Origin: a bacterium
GTDB lineage: Bacteria > CG03
Direction of reading: 5' to 3'
Assembly (NCBI GenBank): GCA_013791675.1
Contig: VMTI01000239.1
Span: forward strand, 1 to 50,902
DNA: 50,902 nt
Positions within the stretch are counted from its first letter, which is position 1. Each line of letters begins with the position of its first letter. Shown piece by piece: positions 10,866 through 20,398 of this stretch. A model generated the notes under the pieces. It was not told where the DNA came from. It saw only the letters and a program-made list of their open reading frames with translations, and ran no database searches. A program made the translations under genes and the position numbers.

Positions 10866-12979
10866 TGCCCAGAATAGAATTATTAGCTCCGGCGGGGTCT
10901 AAGGACGCTCTCGCCGCCGCCGTCAGGGCCGGCGCTGACGCCGTTTACATAGGCGCTCCCGGCTTCAACGCCCGGATGTCCGCCAAGAGCATCACTTTCT
11001 ACGATCTGGCGGTGCTCATGGATTACGCTCATGGGAAGGGCATCAAAGTTTTTGTGGCGATGAACACCCTCATCAAGCACGCCGAGATACACGGCGCCGT
11101 TAAACTCGTCGCGGGGATAAAGAAACTCGGCGCAGACGCCGTCATAATACAGGATCTGGGGCTTGCTGAGATCATATCCAAACATTTTGAGGATATAGAG
11201 ATGCACGCCAGCACGCAGCTTGCCGTCCACAACAGGATGGGCGTTGACATCCTCGCGGAAGCCGGTTTCAAGCGGGTGATCCTCGCGCGGGAGCTCTCAT
11301 ATCCCGAATTGAAGATAATCGCTAAGGGCTCTCCCGCGGAGCTGGAAGTCTTCTGCCACGGCGCTCTTTGTTTCTCCCTCTCGGGGCAATGCCTTTTCTC
11401 AAGTTTCATAGGCGGACACAGCGGAAACAGGGGTCTCTGCACGCAGCCCTGCCGGAGGATATGGCGTCAGGGAAAGAGGAAGGGATATCTCTTATCGCCG
11501 CGCGATATGCAGCTCGCCGAAGATATCAGGGAATTGAAAAAAATAAAGATAGCCTCTATAAAAATAGAGGGCCGCATGAGGAGCGCTGAATATGTTTACA
11601 GGACGGTGAAGGCCTACCGTATGCTGATAGACGCCTCCGAGGGGGATTTCCCGGAAGCGCTGGAGGAGGCGCGCGGCATTCTTTCAGCGGATTACGCCCG
11701 CGAAAAGACCTCCTGCCTTTTTTCTGGCCGTGACGAAAATATATTTGAGCCGGAAAAGGCGCAGTGCCTCGGAAACCGCATAGGGAAAGTGGAAGCCGTG
11801 ACCAAAGACAGCGTGGCAATAAAAATTTTTGACTGCGTGCCGGAAAATAAGTATCGAAAGTCAACCCCTGGCACCATTTCACGCGGCGACCGCCTGCGCA
11901 TCTCCAATCCCGCCGGCGACATTACCAGGGCCTTTAAGGTAAAGGATTTCACTTTAGACGGTGACAGATACACTTTTGCCCTCGATAAGGCGGATGACTT
12001 CTCAAAAGGCGACCCCGTCTTCAGGACAGCCGAAGCCCTCACGGATCAGAAAGATATAGAGAAAGAAGTGGACGCCATGTATAAGAACTATGCCCTGAAA
12101 AACAGGAGCAAAGTCGTCCGTGCCTATCAGGTGAGTCAGGACTACACATCGCTCATATCAAATAAATGGAACAGCGGGAAAAAATCATCGCCCGGGGCGG
12201 ACACGCTGTGGCTGAGATTCTCCGATGTCAAATGGATGGATTCACTCGGCGGCAGAAAAAGCCGCGCTGTTTTTTCGCTGACCCAGGAAAATATACATCA
12301 ATCCGGCGATATAATAGATAGGCTGGGTAATGAGACGGTGATGGAACTGCCGCCTTTTATAGGGCAGAGGGAAATACAGCTCTTCAGAAATCATCTGGAA
12401 AAATTGATAAGCGCCGGCGTGAAGAACTGGACGCTGAACAATATCTCCCACATAGGATTTTTCAAAGAAAAAGGGTGTTCTCTTTCCGCGGGCCAGTTCC
12501 TCTACGCCTGGAACGCCTACGCCGCGGCTTTTCTCGACGACAGAGGCATAAACTCTTTCAACATCTCATGGGAGGACGATTTTCTGAATATCAGGGACCT
12601 GACCGGACCCGTGGACGCCGCGCGCATGCTCATATATCTCTACGGCCATCCGCCTGTGGCGCGGTCGAGGATACTCACGCCCGGATACATCGGCGGCGAT
12701 CTCCTGATGGAGAACGACAGGGGCGATAAAAAATCAAAGGACGAGAACTCTTTTTATCCCGTTTCCGAATCCAAACTCACACTGCTGATCGCCGCGAAAC
12801 CTGTCTGCCTTTTTTCTTCAAGGAGAAAACTGCACGATCTGGGCATAAGCAATTTCGGCATTGACCTGAGCTATATCCCGCCTGACCGGAAACTTCTTAA
12901 AACTATATTTGATTCCTACGACACCGGAGAGAGTGTTCCCGGCTCAGTGCGATTCAATTTCAAGAGCGGCGTCAAATAA
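10865..12979 (+). CDS. peptidase U32 family protein
   Basis: The signature EVFCHGALCFSLSGQCLFS matches the U32 pattern. N-terminal IELLAPAGS...AVYIG. TGATG overlap with the upstream gene. Confidence 0.85.
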   Translation: MPRIELLAPAGSKDALAAAVRAGADAVYIGAPGFNARMSAKSITFYDLAVLMDYAHGKGIKVFVAMNTLIKHAEIHGAVKLVAGIKKLGADAVIIQDLGLAEIISKHFEDIEMHASTQLAVHNRMGVDILAEAGFKRVILARELSYPELKIIAKGSPAELEVFCHGALCFSLSGQCLFSSFIGGHSGNRGLCTQPCRRIWRQGKRKGYLLSPRDMQLAEDIRELKKIKIASIKIEGRMRSAEYVYRTVKAYRMLIDASEGDFPEALEEARGILSADYAREKTSCLFSGRDENIFEPEKAQCLGNRIGKVEAVTKDSVAIKIFDCVPENKYRKSTPGTISRGDRLRISNPAGDITRAFKVKDFTLDGDRYTFALDKADDFSKGDPVFRTAEALTDQKDIEKEVDAMYKNYALKNRSKVVRAYQVSQDYTSLISNKWNSGKKSSPGADTLWLRFSDVKWMDSLGGRKSRAVFSLTQENIHQSGDIIDRLGNETVMELPPFIGQREIQLFRNHLEKLISAGVKNWTLNNISHIGFFKEKGCSLSAGQFLYAWNAYAAAFLDDRGINSFNISWEDDFLNIRDLTGPVDAARMLIYLYGHPPVARSRILTPGYIGGDLLMENDRGDKKSKDENSFYPVSESKLTLLIAAKPVCLFSSRRKLHDLGISNFGIDLSYIPPDRKLLKTIFDSYDTGESVPGSVRFNFKSGVK

Positions 12980-13049
12980 TCGCGGTTTTACCAGCGCTCT
13001 TATGGTAAAATTTCAGTAAATGTTGTAACATCAAACGATTGGAGCGAAG

Positions 13050-13364
13050 ATGAATATGAAAAAAAATCTTACACAGAAAAAAGTGATCAGAGAACTCAAG
13101 GAAAACAGGGAAGTTTTAAAGAAATACACCGTTAAAAAAATCGGTCTTTTCGGTTCATTTGTTCAAAACAGGCAGAAAGTCAGCAGCGATATTGACTTTG
13201 TCGTTGAATTCAACAAACCGAGTTTTGATAATTTGATAGGTTTGATCGACTATCTGGAAAAATTATTTGATAGAAAAGTGGATGTGCTGACTTCGGAAGG
13301 GGTGAAGAATATCCGAGTGAAAAAAGTGGCAGAGGATATCAAAAGAAATTTGATCTATGCATAA
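13050..13364 (+). CDS. mntA: MNT-type nucleotidyltransferase antitoxin (type VII TA)
   Basis: Minimal NTase motif GLFGSFVQNR...SDIDFVVEF. Overlaps the downstream DUF86 gene by 8 nt. Confidence 0.8.
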   Translation: MNMKKNLTQKKVIRELKENREVLKKYTVKKIGLFGSFVQNRQKVSSDIDFVVEFNKPSFDNLIGLIDYLEKLFDRKVDVLTSEGVKNIRVKKVAEDIKRNLIYA

Positions 13365-13704
13365 ACGCGGCAATTTAGAATATTTGTATGACATGGAAAA
13401 TGCTTTGAATAGTATCTCGGATTATGTCAAAAAGTCAAGTTACAAGAAATTTATCAAGGATAAAAAAAGTCAGGATGCCGTGATTTATAATATCGGAATT
13501 CTTGGCGAAGCCGTCAAAAACATATCAAATGATTTAAGAAAAGCTGAACCCGATGTCGCCTGGAAAAACATCGCGGGGATGAGAGATAAAATCATTCATT
13601 TTTATTTTGGGGTAAATATTGACATCGTGTGGGATGTCGCCAAAAAGAAGGTTCCCGAATTAAAAAAACAGATAAGAACGCTTATTAAGGAATTGGAAAA
13701 ATAG
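13357..13704 (+). CDS. hepT: HepT (DUF86) RNase toxin
   Basis: Rx4HxY motif present (RDKIIHFY). Size and pairing with the MNT gene fit. Confidence 0.85.
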   Translation: MHKRGNLEYLYDMENALNSISDYVKKSSYKKFIKDKKSQDAVIYNIGILGEAVKNISNDLRKAEPDVAWKNIAGMRDKIIHFYFGVNIDIVWDVAKKKVPELKKQIRTLIKELEK

Positions 13705-13709
13705 GCGAA

Positions 13710-15107
13710 TTACTTCTTTTTGTAACTCTTGATGTCTTTTTCCGAGATCAGGCGGTCGGTCAATCTGAACCACTCTGTCATGAGCGACTTGAGCTCGACG
13801 GAGCGGAGTATTTTGCTGAATCTGTTCTCGTCCACGCGGTTTGACGCCTCAATAAAATCGTTCAATGACACTTTGCCGTAAGAATAGTTCTCCGTCTCGT
13901 CTTTCAGGATGGACTTGGCGAGCTTTATTTTTTCATCGGCTATCGCTATCAGCTCGCGCCCGGTTTCTATCTGAAGGATCAGTGTCTTCAGGTCCGTGCG
14001 GAGCTGGATATATTTGTTGGCGCCGGATAAGCGCGTCTTTTTCTCATTTATCTTTGACAGCTCCAGCGCGGCGCTGTTGGTCTGATCAGGGAAGGGCCAT
14101 GTCAGCGAAATGCCGGCGAAGACTTCGTCTTCCGCGTTGTTTATCCCCGTGCCGTTACCGGCGGTCTCATAACCCAGAAGAAGGTTTGTTGACGGCAGCA
14201 GGGCGTTGGCGTCTCTGGCCACCTGCAGTGAACTTTTATCTTCCAGCAGAGTCAGTATGCTGTATGTGCGGCTGTTTTGCGTGAAATCCCTGTAATCTTC
14301 CTCAAATGATATTTTTCTGTCGTCGTAGGCCATGGGATCGGCCGGCACGAGGCTCTCATTTTCGTCGTGCCGCAAGGCCTGTTTTATAAAGGTGAGCGCC
14401 GCGTCGTATTTCTCCCGAAGTTTCAGCAGGTTCTCTTTTTTCACCAGCACCTGTATGTTTATTTTATTGACATCTATGGGAAGGGCGATGTTATTCTTTC
14501 GGCGCTTCCTGATGTTATCTAAAAGCTCAAGATTCTGCCTGTATGACGATTCGCCTATCTTCAGGTTCTCGTAGGCCAGATACCAGTTGAAATAGGCCGT
14601 TATTATCCTCGCCAGATAGTCTTCGTATGCCTCCGCCACCTGATGCCTGATCACATCTATTTCCGCGCCTATTATTTTATCCTGAAGGCGCGTCGCTTTT
14701 CCGAAAGCGTTTTTCGCGACCGGCTGGGAGATGAGCAGGGTGACGGCCGAGCTGTCCGCGCCGGGGGTCGCCGACGGCACTGTCTTGTACTGGGCGCTGA
14801 CATCCGTGCCCGAGAACGGGAAAAGTTTGCTCAGCCCTATTGTCGCCGCGGGGCCGGATTCGTCATGGTCCAGGAAGAACTCGTACTGGCTTTTCACCGA
14901 CAGCACGATGTCGCGTGCCGGCAGGCCGAGGTCTTTTTTATATTGCAGTGTCATCTCGTCTATCAGTATCTCCTCAAAGCTCGTGTCTTTTGAGACGGCC
15001 GTCTTAATGAATTCATCTATGCCGACGACGCGGTTTTTTGTGTCAGCGTAAACGATGCCGCCCTGTATCACGGCAGCCGCGAATAAGAGTTTGATGATTT
15101 TTTTCAT
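13710..15107 (-). CDS. TolC-like outer-membrane efflux protein
   Basis: Signal peptide MKKIIKLLFAAAVIQGGIVYA and a long helical two-repeat architecture. It starts 1 nt downstream of the RND gene on the same strand. Confidence 0.7.
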   Translation of the reverse strand: MKKIIKLLFAAAVIQGGIVYADTKNRVVGIDEFIKTAVSKDTSFEEILIDEMTLQYKKDLGLPARDIVLSVKSQYEFFLDHDESGPAATIGLSKLFPFSGTDVSAQYKTVPSATPGADSSAVTLLISQPVAKNAFGKATRLQDKIIGAEIDVIRHQVAEAYEDYLARIITAYFNWYLAYENLKIGESSYRQNLELLDNIRKRRKNNIALPIDVNKINIQVLVKKENLLKLREKYDAALTFIKQALRHDENESLVPADPMAYDDRKISFEEDYRDFTQNSRTYSILTLLEDKSSLQVARDANALLPSTNLLLGYETAGNGTGINNAEDEVFAGISLTWPFPDQTNSAALELSKINEKKTRLSGANKYIQLRTDLKTLILQIETGRELIAIADEKIKLAKSILKDETENYSYGKVSLNDFIEASNRVDENRFSKILRSVELKSLMTEWFRLTDRLISEKDIKSYKKK

Positions 15108-15108
15108 A

Positions 15109-18100
15109 TTATTCCTTTATCGCCTCCGGGTGCAGAAGGAAACGGGTATCCTGGAGCAGCGCGAAGCTGCAGGGTATGAGCAGCAGCGTTATGAGCGTGG
15201 CAAACATCAGCCCCCACGCTATCGCCAGCATCATCTCCGCGAGCATCGCGTCGTAGCCGGCGAAGCCGTAGGCCGTAGGTATGATCCCCGCCACGGTCGT
15301 GAGCGTCGTCAGCATAACGGCGCGCAGCCTTGTCTTGCCTATATCCGCTATCTGAAAGTTTGAATCAGCCTTCCGCTTCCTGTCATCGTAATTTTCTGTC
15401 AGTTTGACGAGCATCAGTATTGAATCGTTCACGACGACGCCCGCCAGGCCTATGGCGCCTATGGCGGCGAAGAAACCGAACATCGTCTTGCCGTGGAGCC
15501 AGAAGGCGAGTATGACGCCCACCACCCCGAAAGGTATGGACAGCATTATTATAAGCGGTTTCACGAGCGAATCAAAAAGCAGTATCAGCACGACATAGAT
15601 GAGGAATATAACGGTTATGACAGCGTATTTCAGCTCGCCCTTTGACTCGCGGGTGTCCTGCACCTCGCCCTCAAAGATCAGCCTCGCCGACGGGTATTCG
15701 GATAAGATCTGAGGGAAGTCGTTTTCCTCAAAAAACCCGGCTATCTCAACAGGCGTCAGTTTGCTGCCCGGCTTTATGTCCGCGTACACTTTCGTTATCC
15801 GTTTGCCGTCCTTTCTTTCTATGGAGTTGGGCGAGAGGGTTTCGACGACATCCACGATGTCCCTCATCGGCACAAGGTAGTTGCCCCGGTTTTCAACGGG
15901 TATGCCCAGTATTTTTTCAATGTCGTTCTTCACGCTGTCTATCGTCGTGAAACGCACATCTATTTCCTCGTCGTCCGCCGGCAGGTTATATATGATGATC
16001 CCCTCTATGGCCGCGCGCAGCGTGGATGACACATCGGCGGGTGTGATAGAGAGCCGCCTTATCTTTTCTCTCTTCAGGCTTATTTTGTATTCGGGATTGG
16101 TCAGCGGCCGGGATATCTCCACATTCAGGAGCGCCGGGTGCTTTCTCATGGCCTCCGCCATTTTCTCGGCGACACTGTCTCTTATCCCGTCGTTGTTCAC
16201 CATAACGGCCAGCTCCATGGGGCTGCCGCTGTCGGAGCCCCAGCGGCTTTTTGAGAACCGCATGTCCCTAAGTCCCTCTATCTTCATTATCTTTTCTTTC
16301 CATTCATCCATCAGATCGTCGGCGGATTTTTTCCGCTTGTCCTTGGATAATATCTCGGCGTTCACGCGGAACTTGTCTTCTTCCACGGCTCTTCCGCGGT
16401 GGCTGCTGGCAATGCGCGTCCTGAAACCTATCACCTCTTTTCCCAGATATCCGGATAGTATGTTCTCTATCTGCTTTGTCTTTTCCGCCGTATCGTAGCG
16501 GCCGGCCTTTTCCCCGGCGCTGCCGCTTATTGTGATGTCCCTCGTCTCCTCGTTCGGAAACATTACGAACTTCATTTTTGTTTTTACGATGTATCCCGAA
16601 AAGACGAAAAGGATGATGAATGAGAGGAAGACCAGCCATTTGTAGGGAAGGACTTTTTCCAGCAAGCGGCCGTATCTGCCTTCTATCCTGTCAAACCAGT
16701 GCCCGTTATTAGGGGCCGCAGGGGGAATATCGCCGGATTTTCCGCGGCGAGTTTTAAATTTCGGGAACTCAAAACGCATGTGGCCCGGCAGTATTATCAG
16801 CGATTCCAGGAGGCTCGCCCCGAGCATACAGAAGATGATAGCGGGAATGTACTTGAGCATCTGGACGAATCTACCCTGAAAAAAGTAGAGCGGGAGGAAG
16901 GCCACGCAGGTGGTCAGTACGCTGGCCACGACGGGAAAAAAGACCGCGGCAGTGCCTTTGCATGCGGCGTCCCGCGCGGGCATGCCGCCTGCCTGAAGGC
17001 GTGAGATGTTCTCCGATACCACTATGGCGTCGTCCACTATCATTCCCATGACGATGATAACGCCTGCGAGCGTGATGTTGTTTATCGTGTAGCCCAGCGT
17101 CCAGATGCATATCATCGTAAAGAAGATGGTGAAGGGTATGCCCAGCGCCACCCACACGCCGGATTTGAAATTCAGAAAAACAAAAAGCAGTATGAGTATC
17201 AGCGTGAAGCCGAGTGAGCCGTTCGCCGCTATTAGATAAAGGCGGTTTTTCAGATCCACCGATTCATCGTCGAGCAGCGCCACCTCGATGTCCGTGCCCT
17301 TGAGATTGTTCCGGCGGTATCTCTCAACCTGTTTTTGCACGGCGTCAATCGCTTCCAGTATGCCGTATGAGCCGGATTTAACGACCCGGAGCATCACGGC
17401 TTCGTGGCCGTTGGCCTTGAAAATTGATTTGTCGGTCTTATAGGTCATCGCCACGTCGGCGACCTGTCCCAGTTTCACGACCTGTCCCTCAAAGCCCCCC
17501 TGTATGATGAGGCCGTTGAGTTTCTCTATGGTATCCAGTTCCGAAACCAGAGTGACGCTGGGTTCGCTCTTTATGTCTATCGTGCCCGCGGGCTGGCGGA
17601 CATGGTTCGCTCTGACTTCGCTCATGGCTGTGTTGAAGGGGATATTGAATTTGATCAGTTTCGCGGGGTCGGTCATTATGCGTATTTCTTCCCGAAGATA
17701 ATTGGTCCTGTCAATGCTGTTTACCTCGGAAAGGTTGAGCAGCTGGTTTTCAAGGGCGTGGGCGTAGGCCTGCAGATTCCGCCGGGACGCGACCGTGTGG
17801 AGATGAATTTTTTTGTCTATCAATACCACATCGATAATGGCCATCTGGCTGGTTTTGAACACCCTGACATTGGGGTCTTCCGTGACATCATCAGGCAGTT
17901 TCGCGTCCGAGACGGCATTCCTCACATCCATTATGACTTCGTCGCGGTTGGGCAGGTTTTGTTCCAGTTCCACCGAGACACTGGAGGTGCCGTTGCCGGA
18001 ATTGCTCGTGACCCTGTAAACGCCGTCGATCCCGCGGACTTTTTCTTCTATGGGTTTTGTGACGAAATGCTCCACCTCTTCGGCGGTCGCTCCGGGATAG

Positions 18101-18255
18101 CGCGCGCTTATGCGGACGAAATCAAATGTGACATTCGGCATCTCCTCTTTGCTCGTGTTCTTCCACGCGAAGATGCCGCCGATAAAGACAACGACGAATA
18201 CCAGGTTGGTCAGCAGATGCCGGTCAACGAAATAAGCTACGATTTTTTCTAACAA
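15109..18255 (-). CDS. RND (AcrB/CzcA-type) efflux transporter permease
   Basis: 1048 aa with 12-TM/two-large-loop topology. N-terminus FVDRHLLTNLVFVVVFIGGIFAW and the VIIVMGMIVDDAIVVSENI block are typical of the family. Confidence 0.92.
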   Translation of the reverse strand: MLEKIVAYFVDRHLLTNLVFVVVFIGGIFAWKNTSKEEMPNVTFDFVRISARYPGATAEEVEHFVTKPIEEKVRGIDGVYRVTSNSGNGTSSVSVELEQNLPNRDEVIMDVRNAVSDAKLPDDVTEDPNVRVFKTSQMAIIDVVLIDKKIHLHTVASRRNLQAYAHALENQLLNLSEVNSIDRTNYLREEIRIMTDPAKLIKFNIPFNTAMSEVRANHVRQPAGTIDIKSEPSVTLVSELDTIEKLNGLIIQGGFEGQVVKLGQVADVAMTYKTDKSIFKANGHEAVMLRVVKSGSYGILEAIDAVQKQVERYRRNNLKGTDIEVALLDDESVDLKNRLYLIAANGSLGFTLILILLFVFLNFKSGVWVALGIPFTIFFTMICIWTLGYTINNITLAGVIIVMGMIVDDAIVVSENISRLQAGGMPARDAACKGTAAVFFPVVASVLTTCVAFLPLYFFQGRFVQMLKYIPAIIFCMLGASLLESLIILPGHMRFEFPKFKTRRGKSGDIPPAAPNNGHWFDRIEGRYGRLLEKVLPYKWLVFLSFIILFVFSGYIVKTKMKFVMFPNEETRDITISGSAGEKAGRYDTAEKTKQIENILSGYLGKEVIGFRTRIASSHRGRAVEEDKFRVNAEILSKDKRKKSADDLMDEWKEKIMKIEGLRDMRFSKSRWGSDSGSPMELAVMVNNDGIRDSVAEKMAEAMRKHPALLNVEISRPLTNPEYKISLKREKIRRLSITPADVSSTLRAAIEGIIIYNLPADDEEIDVRFTTIDSVKNDIEKILGIPVENRGNYLVPMRDIVDVVETLSPNSIERKDGKRITKVYADIKPGSKLTPVEIAGFFEENDFPQILSEYPSARLIFEGEVQDTRESKGELKYAVITVIFLIYVVLILLFDSLVKPLIIMLSIPFGVVGVILAFWLHGKTMFGFFAAIGAIGLAGVVVNDSILMLVKLTENYDDRKRKADSNFQIADIGKTRLRAVMLTTLTTVAGIIPTAYGFAGYDAMLAEMMLAIAWGLMFATLITLLLIPCSFALLQDTRFLLHPEAIKE

Positions 18256-18335
18256 TTATATTCTCCTAATAACAGGCCTTCCGTAGATTTATTAGACGCT
18301 CCGCGGAGCCCATAAGTTACAAAATTAAGATAAAA

Positions 18336-18366
18336 AGGAAAATGGGAAAGGGGACGTTCATTAACT
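18336..18366 (+). repeat. copy A of GGAAAATGGG...GGGGACGTyCwTTAA element
   Basis: aaggaaaatgggaaaggggacgttcattaac. Related copies at 18396-18417 (partial), 18451-18485 (reverse) and 19961-19983. Confidence 0.6.
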
Positions 18367-18450
18367 TATTAACTTACGGCATATAGTCGCCTTAAAGGAA
18401 AATGGGGACGGTTCGGGTATTTTTTAAAGAGCACTGCCGTTTTTTATCAG

Positions 18451-18469
18451 TTTTATTAAGGACGTCCCC
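18451..18469. repeat. left arm of a 19-bp perfect inverted repeat flanking corA + DUF5661-like gene
   Basis: ttttattaaggacgtcccc is the exact reverse complement of 19965-19983. Confidence 0.85.
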
Positions 18470-18520
18470 ATTTCTCCATTTCTCCAATTTTTCCATTTTT
18501 CTCCATTTTTCCGTTTTTCT
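18468..18520. repeat. degenerate 8-10 bp tandem repeat (CCATTTyTCT-like, about 6 units)
   Basis: CCA recurs at 18468, 18476, 18484, 18493 and 18503 (CCG at 18511). Units are the reverse complement of the GGAAAATGG cores at 18338 and 18398. Confidence 0.6.
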
Positions 18521-18528
18521 TCGTTCTA

Positions 18529-18537
18529 TGTTATAAT
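18529..18537 (+). promoter_or_regulatory. extended -10 promoter element for corA
   Basis: TGtTATAAT lies 34 nt upstream of the corA ATG. The -35 is weak (ttccgt). GAGGAGG RBS at 18559-18565. Confidence 0.45.
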
Positions 18538-18570
18538 GAACGATGCCCGTAAGGGCTGAGGAGGGCGTAA

Positions 18571-19635
18571 ATGGCAGGATTTATCAAAAGGATATCAAAG
18601 ACAGCCGGGCATATCCCCGGCGAAATGATCTATGTGGGAGAAAAAAAGGAAGGAGCGGTGAGTGTATCCCTCATTGATTATGACGATAAGGCGCTCAGTG
18701 AGAAGGAAATCTCCGATGTTGAGGAATTGTTCCCGCTCAAAGAGACGCCTACGGTCAGCTGGATAAATATCAACGGCCTCCGCGACACGCGTCTTATTGA
18801 AAAGCTCGGCGGCCACTTCGGCATTCATTCTCTGACGCTTGAGGATATCGTCAACACCGCCCAGCGCCCGAAGTATGAGGATTTTGACTCTTATATCTTC
18901 GTGGTCCTGAAAATGCTCATGCTCGACGCTTCCGGAAAGGGCATAGTCTCCGAACAGGTGAGCTTGGTACTCGGCGCTAATTTTGTCATCTCCTTTCAGG
19001 AGAAAAAGGGAGATGTGTTCGACGCCATACGGGAACGGATACGGCAGAACAAGGGAAGGATAAGAAGGGCGGGGCCGGATTATCTCGCCTACAGCCTTCT
19101 GGACGCGGTCGTGGACAATTATTTTTCCATTCTGGAAAACACGGGCGAACAGATCGAGGAGATGGAAGAGAAACTGCTCGCCAACCCGTCGCCGCAAACC
19201 CTCCGGAAGATCCATGATCTGAAACGCGGCATAATATTCCTGAGAAAGTCCGTCTGGCCCCTGCGCGAAGTCGCCGGCAGCCTTGAACGCGGCGAGTCCA
19301 AACTCATTAAAAAGAGCACGGTGATATTTTTGCGCGACCTCTACGACCACACAATACAGGTCATAGACACCGTTGAAACTTTACGCGATATGCTTTCGGG
19401 GACACTGGATATCTATCTTTCCAGCGTGAGCAACAGGATGAATGAGATAATGAAGGTGCTGACGATATTCGCCGCCATATTCATCCCCCTGACCTTTCTG
19501 GCGGGTATCTACGGCATGAACTTTGAATTCATACCGGAACTGAAATGGCGCTGGGGTTATTTTTACGCTTTGGGCCTGATGGCCGCGGTAGGTTTCGGAC
19601 TGCTCATTTTTTTCAGGAGAAAAAAATGGCTGTGA
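18571..19635 (+). CDS. corA: CorA magnesium/cobalt transporter
   Basis: 354 aa with the YGMNF (GMN) motif between two C-terminal TM helices and a typical cytoplasmic N-domain. Confidence 0.92.
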   Translation: MAGFIKRISKTAGHIPGEMIYVGEKKEGAVSVSLIDYDDKALSEKEISDVEELFPLKETPTVSWININGLRDTRLIEKLGGHFGIHSLTLEDIVNTAQRPKYEDFDSYIFVVLKMLMLDASGKGIVSEQVSLVLGANFVISFQEKKGDVFDAIRERIRQNKGRIRRAGPDYLAYSLLDAVVDNYFSILENTGEQIEEMEEKLLANPSPQTLRKIHDLKRGIIFLRKSVWPLREVAGSLERGESKLIKKSTVIFLRDLYDHTIQVIDTVETLRDMLSGTLDIYLSSVSNRMNEIMKVLTIFAAIFIPLTFLAGIYGMNFEFIPELKWRWGYFYALGLMAAVGFGLLIFFRRKKWL

Positions 19636-19680
19636 ACAACACGCGGCGCTGTGCCCTGGGTGCAATAATGGAGGAAACTT

Positions 19681-19956
19681 ATGAGCGGTAAAAAACACTT
19701 TAGTTCAGAAGATGCGAAAACGATCGGAGAAAAGCTGGGCCTGAAATGGGACAAATTCGATGTTGAGCAGTTCCGCATGGGAATGGATGTTGAACTTGAA
19801 CACGGAACGACAGATCCTTCCACAAATGTAACCGGGGACGATCCCGTGGTGACTGGGAAAATAGCGCTGGCGCATCTCAATGAGTTCCCCGATTATTATA
19901 CGCGGCTTGAGAACATGGAAACGGAAGCCGAGGATTTTTGGGAAAAGCGCGACTGA
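19681..19956 (+). CDS. small conserved protein, DUF5661-like
   Basis: 91 aa. From memory, GMDVELEHG...TNVTGDD...GKIALAHLNEFPDYY resembles the DUF5661 family. GGAGG RBS upstream. Confidence 0.55.
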   Translation: MSGKKHFSSEDAKTIGEKLGLKWDKFDVEQFRMGMDVELEHGTTDPSTNVTGDDPVVTGKIALAHLNEFPDYYTRLENMETEAEDFWEKRD

Positions 19957-19964
19957 CAAGAAAA

Positions 19965-19983
19965 GGGGACGTCCTTAATAAAA
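19965..19983. repeat. right arm of the 19-bp perfect inverted repeat
   Basis: ggggacgtccttaataaaa is the reverse complement of 18451-18469. Confidence 0.85.
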
Positions 19984-20151
19984 TTACGTTTATTAACCCG
20001 TTAACTTGGAGAATGCTGCAAAAATAATCAGGAAAAATATTTTTCTCCGAAAATTAACCGGATAGTTGTAAGAATGGTAGTAGTGCATAATTCAGATTAT
20101 TGTTACGGTTTTCAACAACTCATAGAAACATTTCAGCTTTTAATTTTGCAG

Positions 20152-20180
20152 TTGACAGTAAAGGTTTTTCGCATTATATT
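20152..20180 (+). promoter_or_regulatory. sigma70-type promoter
   Basis: TTGACA, 17-nt spacer, TATATT, placed about 25 nt upstream of the riboswitch-like aptamer. Confidence 0.6.
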
Positions 20181-20203
20181 CATACTGTAGGGTAAATTGG
20201 GTT

Positions 20204-20306
20204 TTATCCGATAAAGGCAAACCCGCTGAAAGGCGGGGACGCAAAGCCACGGGGCTACCCCCTGCAGTATATCTGCAGGGCAAGCCAGCCAGGATGCCGA
20301 AGATAA
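20204..20306 (+). promoter_or_regulatory. c-di-GMP-I (GEMM-I) riboswitch aptamer
   Basis: GGCAAACC-CGCU-GAAA-GGCG-GGGACGCAAAGCC matches the conserved GEMM-I core (compare the Vc2 aptamer GGCAAACC...GAAA...GGGACGCAAAGCC). A second hairpin is CCCUGCAG-UAUAU-CUGCAGGG. Closing helix is UUAUC / GAUAA. Confidence 0.82.
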
Positions 20307-20340
20307 ACTTACCTTAAGTCAAACCTGACTGACCCGCTAG

Positions 20341-20398
20341 CCGGGCTACCGAAGATAGTAGAATTAAATTCTATGTATTTTTGGTAGCCCGGTTTTTT
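20341..20398 (+). terminator. intrinsic terminator (riboswitch expression platform)
   Basis: ccgggctacc (20341-20350) pairs with ggtagcccgg (20383-20392), followed by TTTTTT. It lies immediately before the RBS of the 20416 ORF. Confidence 0.75.

Noticed and set aside
11029-12729. Alternative-frame ORFs inside the U32 peptidase gene
   Set aside because: The U32 signature is in the 10865 frame. The others have no start context or motifs.
12986-13013. Hairpin ttttacca-gcgctctta-tggtaaaa + TTT after the U32 gene, considered as a terminator
   Set aside because: The stem is AT-only and 8 bp long, with a 9-nt loop and a short T run. That is too weak to call confidently.
15055-18252. Many plus-strand ORFs (for example 15881-16498 and 17602-18252) inside the RND gene, and 13865-15051 inside the TolC-like gene
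   Set aside because: They overlap long, motif-supported minus-strand genes, and their low-complexity Ser/Arg-rich translations look like shadow ORFs.
18468-18520. T-rich short tandem repeats considered as a CRISPR array or a phased A-tract bend
   Set aside because: The period is only 8-10 bp and there are no spacers, so this is not a CRISPR array. The spacing is too irregular (8, 8, 9, 10, 8) to claim helical phasing.
18595-19350. 251-aa ORF on the minus strand, antisense to corA (also 19381-19698 and 19563-19880)
   Set aside because: Lies entirely inside or overlapping the well-supported corA gene and has no recognisable motifs. This is a typical shadow ORF of a GC-moderate coding region.
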